Shown here in pieces: positions 33,825-34,764 of a DNA stretch of 34,764 bases. The translations under genes and the position numbers were made by a program. The stretch lies in the IMG/VR virus record IMGVR_UViG_3300043908_002281, positions 1 to 34,764 of that record. One strand, given 5' to 3'. The notes under the pieces are model-generated. The model had not been told where the DNA came from and made no database searches. It saw only the letters and a program-made list of their open reading frames with translations. This stretch comes from a virus (taxonomy: Duplodnaviria; Caudoviricetes). How positions within the stretch are numbered: the first letter of the stretch is position 1; each line of letters begins with the position of its first letter.

Positions 33825-34764
33825 TATTTAACCTCTCTTTCTTTTCTTTGTTTAATCGCTTTGTTGTGCTTGTCTTTGATTTCTATTGTTAAATCATCAA
33901 CTTGCTTTGCTTCTTTCACTTGCTTGATGAAATCTTCAAAATCAGATTGCATCTTTTCAGTGCTTTGTTCATCTTCAAAATCAACTTTCAAATCCGGTGT
34001 ACTAATGTTTAATTGTTTTGCAAACATGGTTGATTGCTCAATTAATATCATTACATCTTCATTGCTTACAATCGCATTGTACACATTGATGAAAGTTTCA
34101 TCTTTCGCCATCCAATCCAAAAACAAATCAAATCGCATGTCTTTCAAATTGTGTGTCTTTGAATATTCAACTAATGCAAACACCATTTCTAAATGCCTAC
34201 ATGTTTTTGAAAACACTCCATCTTTTGAATCAGTAGCCGAAGCCGGTAATCTATATTCAATCGCAAAAGATTTATGAAATGCCATCCATTGCATCTTATT
34301 TCCAATCTCTCTTTGAGTGTATATCATATGTGCAAGTTTCTTAATCATAGATTGACTTGTTAAACCTCTATTAACTTGCTCCATCTTTGAATCTCTATAA
34401 TCGCTTGGAACTACTATTGGTGTGTAATGTGCCATGTTGCTTCCGCCATCTTTTCTACCGCTCAACTTAATCAGAATTTCTACACTTGAAAATGCAAGTG
34501 TTAGAAAGTTTCTGATTTGTAGCACATTTGCGAATGAATCCCTTGAAATGTTGATATGAAAACCAAGATTGCTTCCAAAGATTTCTTGTTCATTTGCATA
34601 TTCTGAAACCTCTTCAATCATGGTTGCATATTTCTTGTAGTAATCAAGAGACATCACATTGCTTCCAATCTCACTACCTTTGGAATAGTAATTGTTGATG
34701 CTTCCATCTTCCATGTTATCGCCAAAAAGATTGTACAAATCAACATTCTTTGATTTGATATCTC
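33824..34764 (-). CDS. Putative amidoligase, C-terminal part; the frame is open to the window end
   Basis: EDGSI, GSEIGS, GFHINISR and IEYRLP motifs; no stop between 34738 and 34764 (..DIKSKNVDLYN..). Confidence 0.8.
   Translation of the reverse strand, partial: DIKSKNVDLYNLFGDNMEDGSINNYYSKGSEIGSNVMSLDYYKKYATMIEEVSEYANEQEIFGSNLGFHINISRDSFANVLQIRNFLTLAFSSVEILIKLSGRKDGGSNMAHYTPIVVPSDYRDSKMEQVNRGLTSQSMIKKLAHMIYTQREIGNKMQWMAFHKSFAIEYRLPASATDSKDGVFSKTCRHLEMVFALVEYSKTHNLKDMRFDLFLDWMAKDETFINVYNAIVSNEDVMILIEQSTMFAKQLNISTPDLKVDFEDEQSTEKMQSDFEDFIKQVKEAKQVDDLTIEIKDKHNKAIKQRKEREVK

Noticed and set aside
3511-34277. Numerous opposite-strand ORFs (e.g. 3511-3879, 8758-9105, 11253-11579, 18952-19284, 33861-34277)
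   Set aside because: They lie wholly antisense to well-supported genes and have the composition expected of shadow frames.
1-34764. Alternative genetic code; tRNA genes
   Set aside because: Long genes are intact under the standard code, all three stop codons are used, and no cloverleaf was recognised in the few intergenic gaps.

Overview
This is an AT-rich (roughly 30% GC by eye), near-complete genome of a long-tailed (siphovirus-type) dsDNA phage, apparently circularly permuted. One minus-strand amidoligase gene runs off position 1 and resumes at 34764, with a gap of 2 (+3n) nt. The + strand carries small basic proteins, TerS, scaffold, major capsid, fibre genes, a GH108 lysin, neck/tail genes, frameshifted tail chaperones and the tape measure. 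TerL, portal and a morphogenesis gene form a block on the opposite strand. The - arm carries a C5 methyltransferase, metallophosphoesterase, resolvase, an initiator with internal iterons, ERF, RHH/HTH regulators and many small early genes. I recognised no integrase, repressor, DNA polymerase, helicase, tRNA or CRISPR array. The most interesting features are: (1) a TpA-poor island of about 3.3 kb holding a membrane protein + amidoligase + class II glutamine amidotransferase operon, flanked by shared palindromes and GAATC repeats; (2) a hairpin-closed RNA loop at 29474-29533 that is antisense to that operon's translation-start regions; (3) a fibre-associated protein ending in a Hint domain that lacks the terminal Asn; (4) arrays of tiny Lys-rich ORFs missed by the ORF track. 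All family assignments come from recognising motifs by eye, not from database searches.
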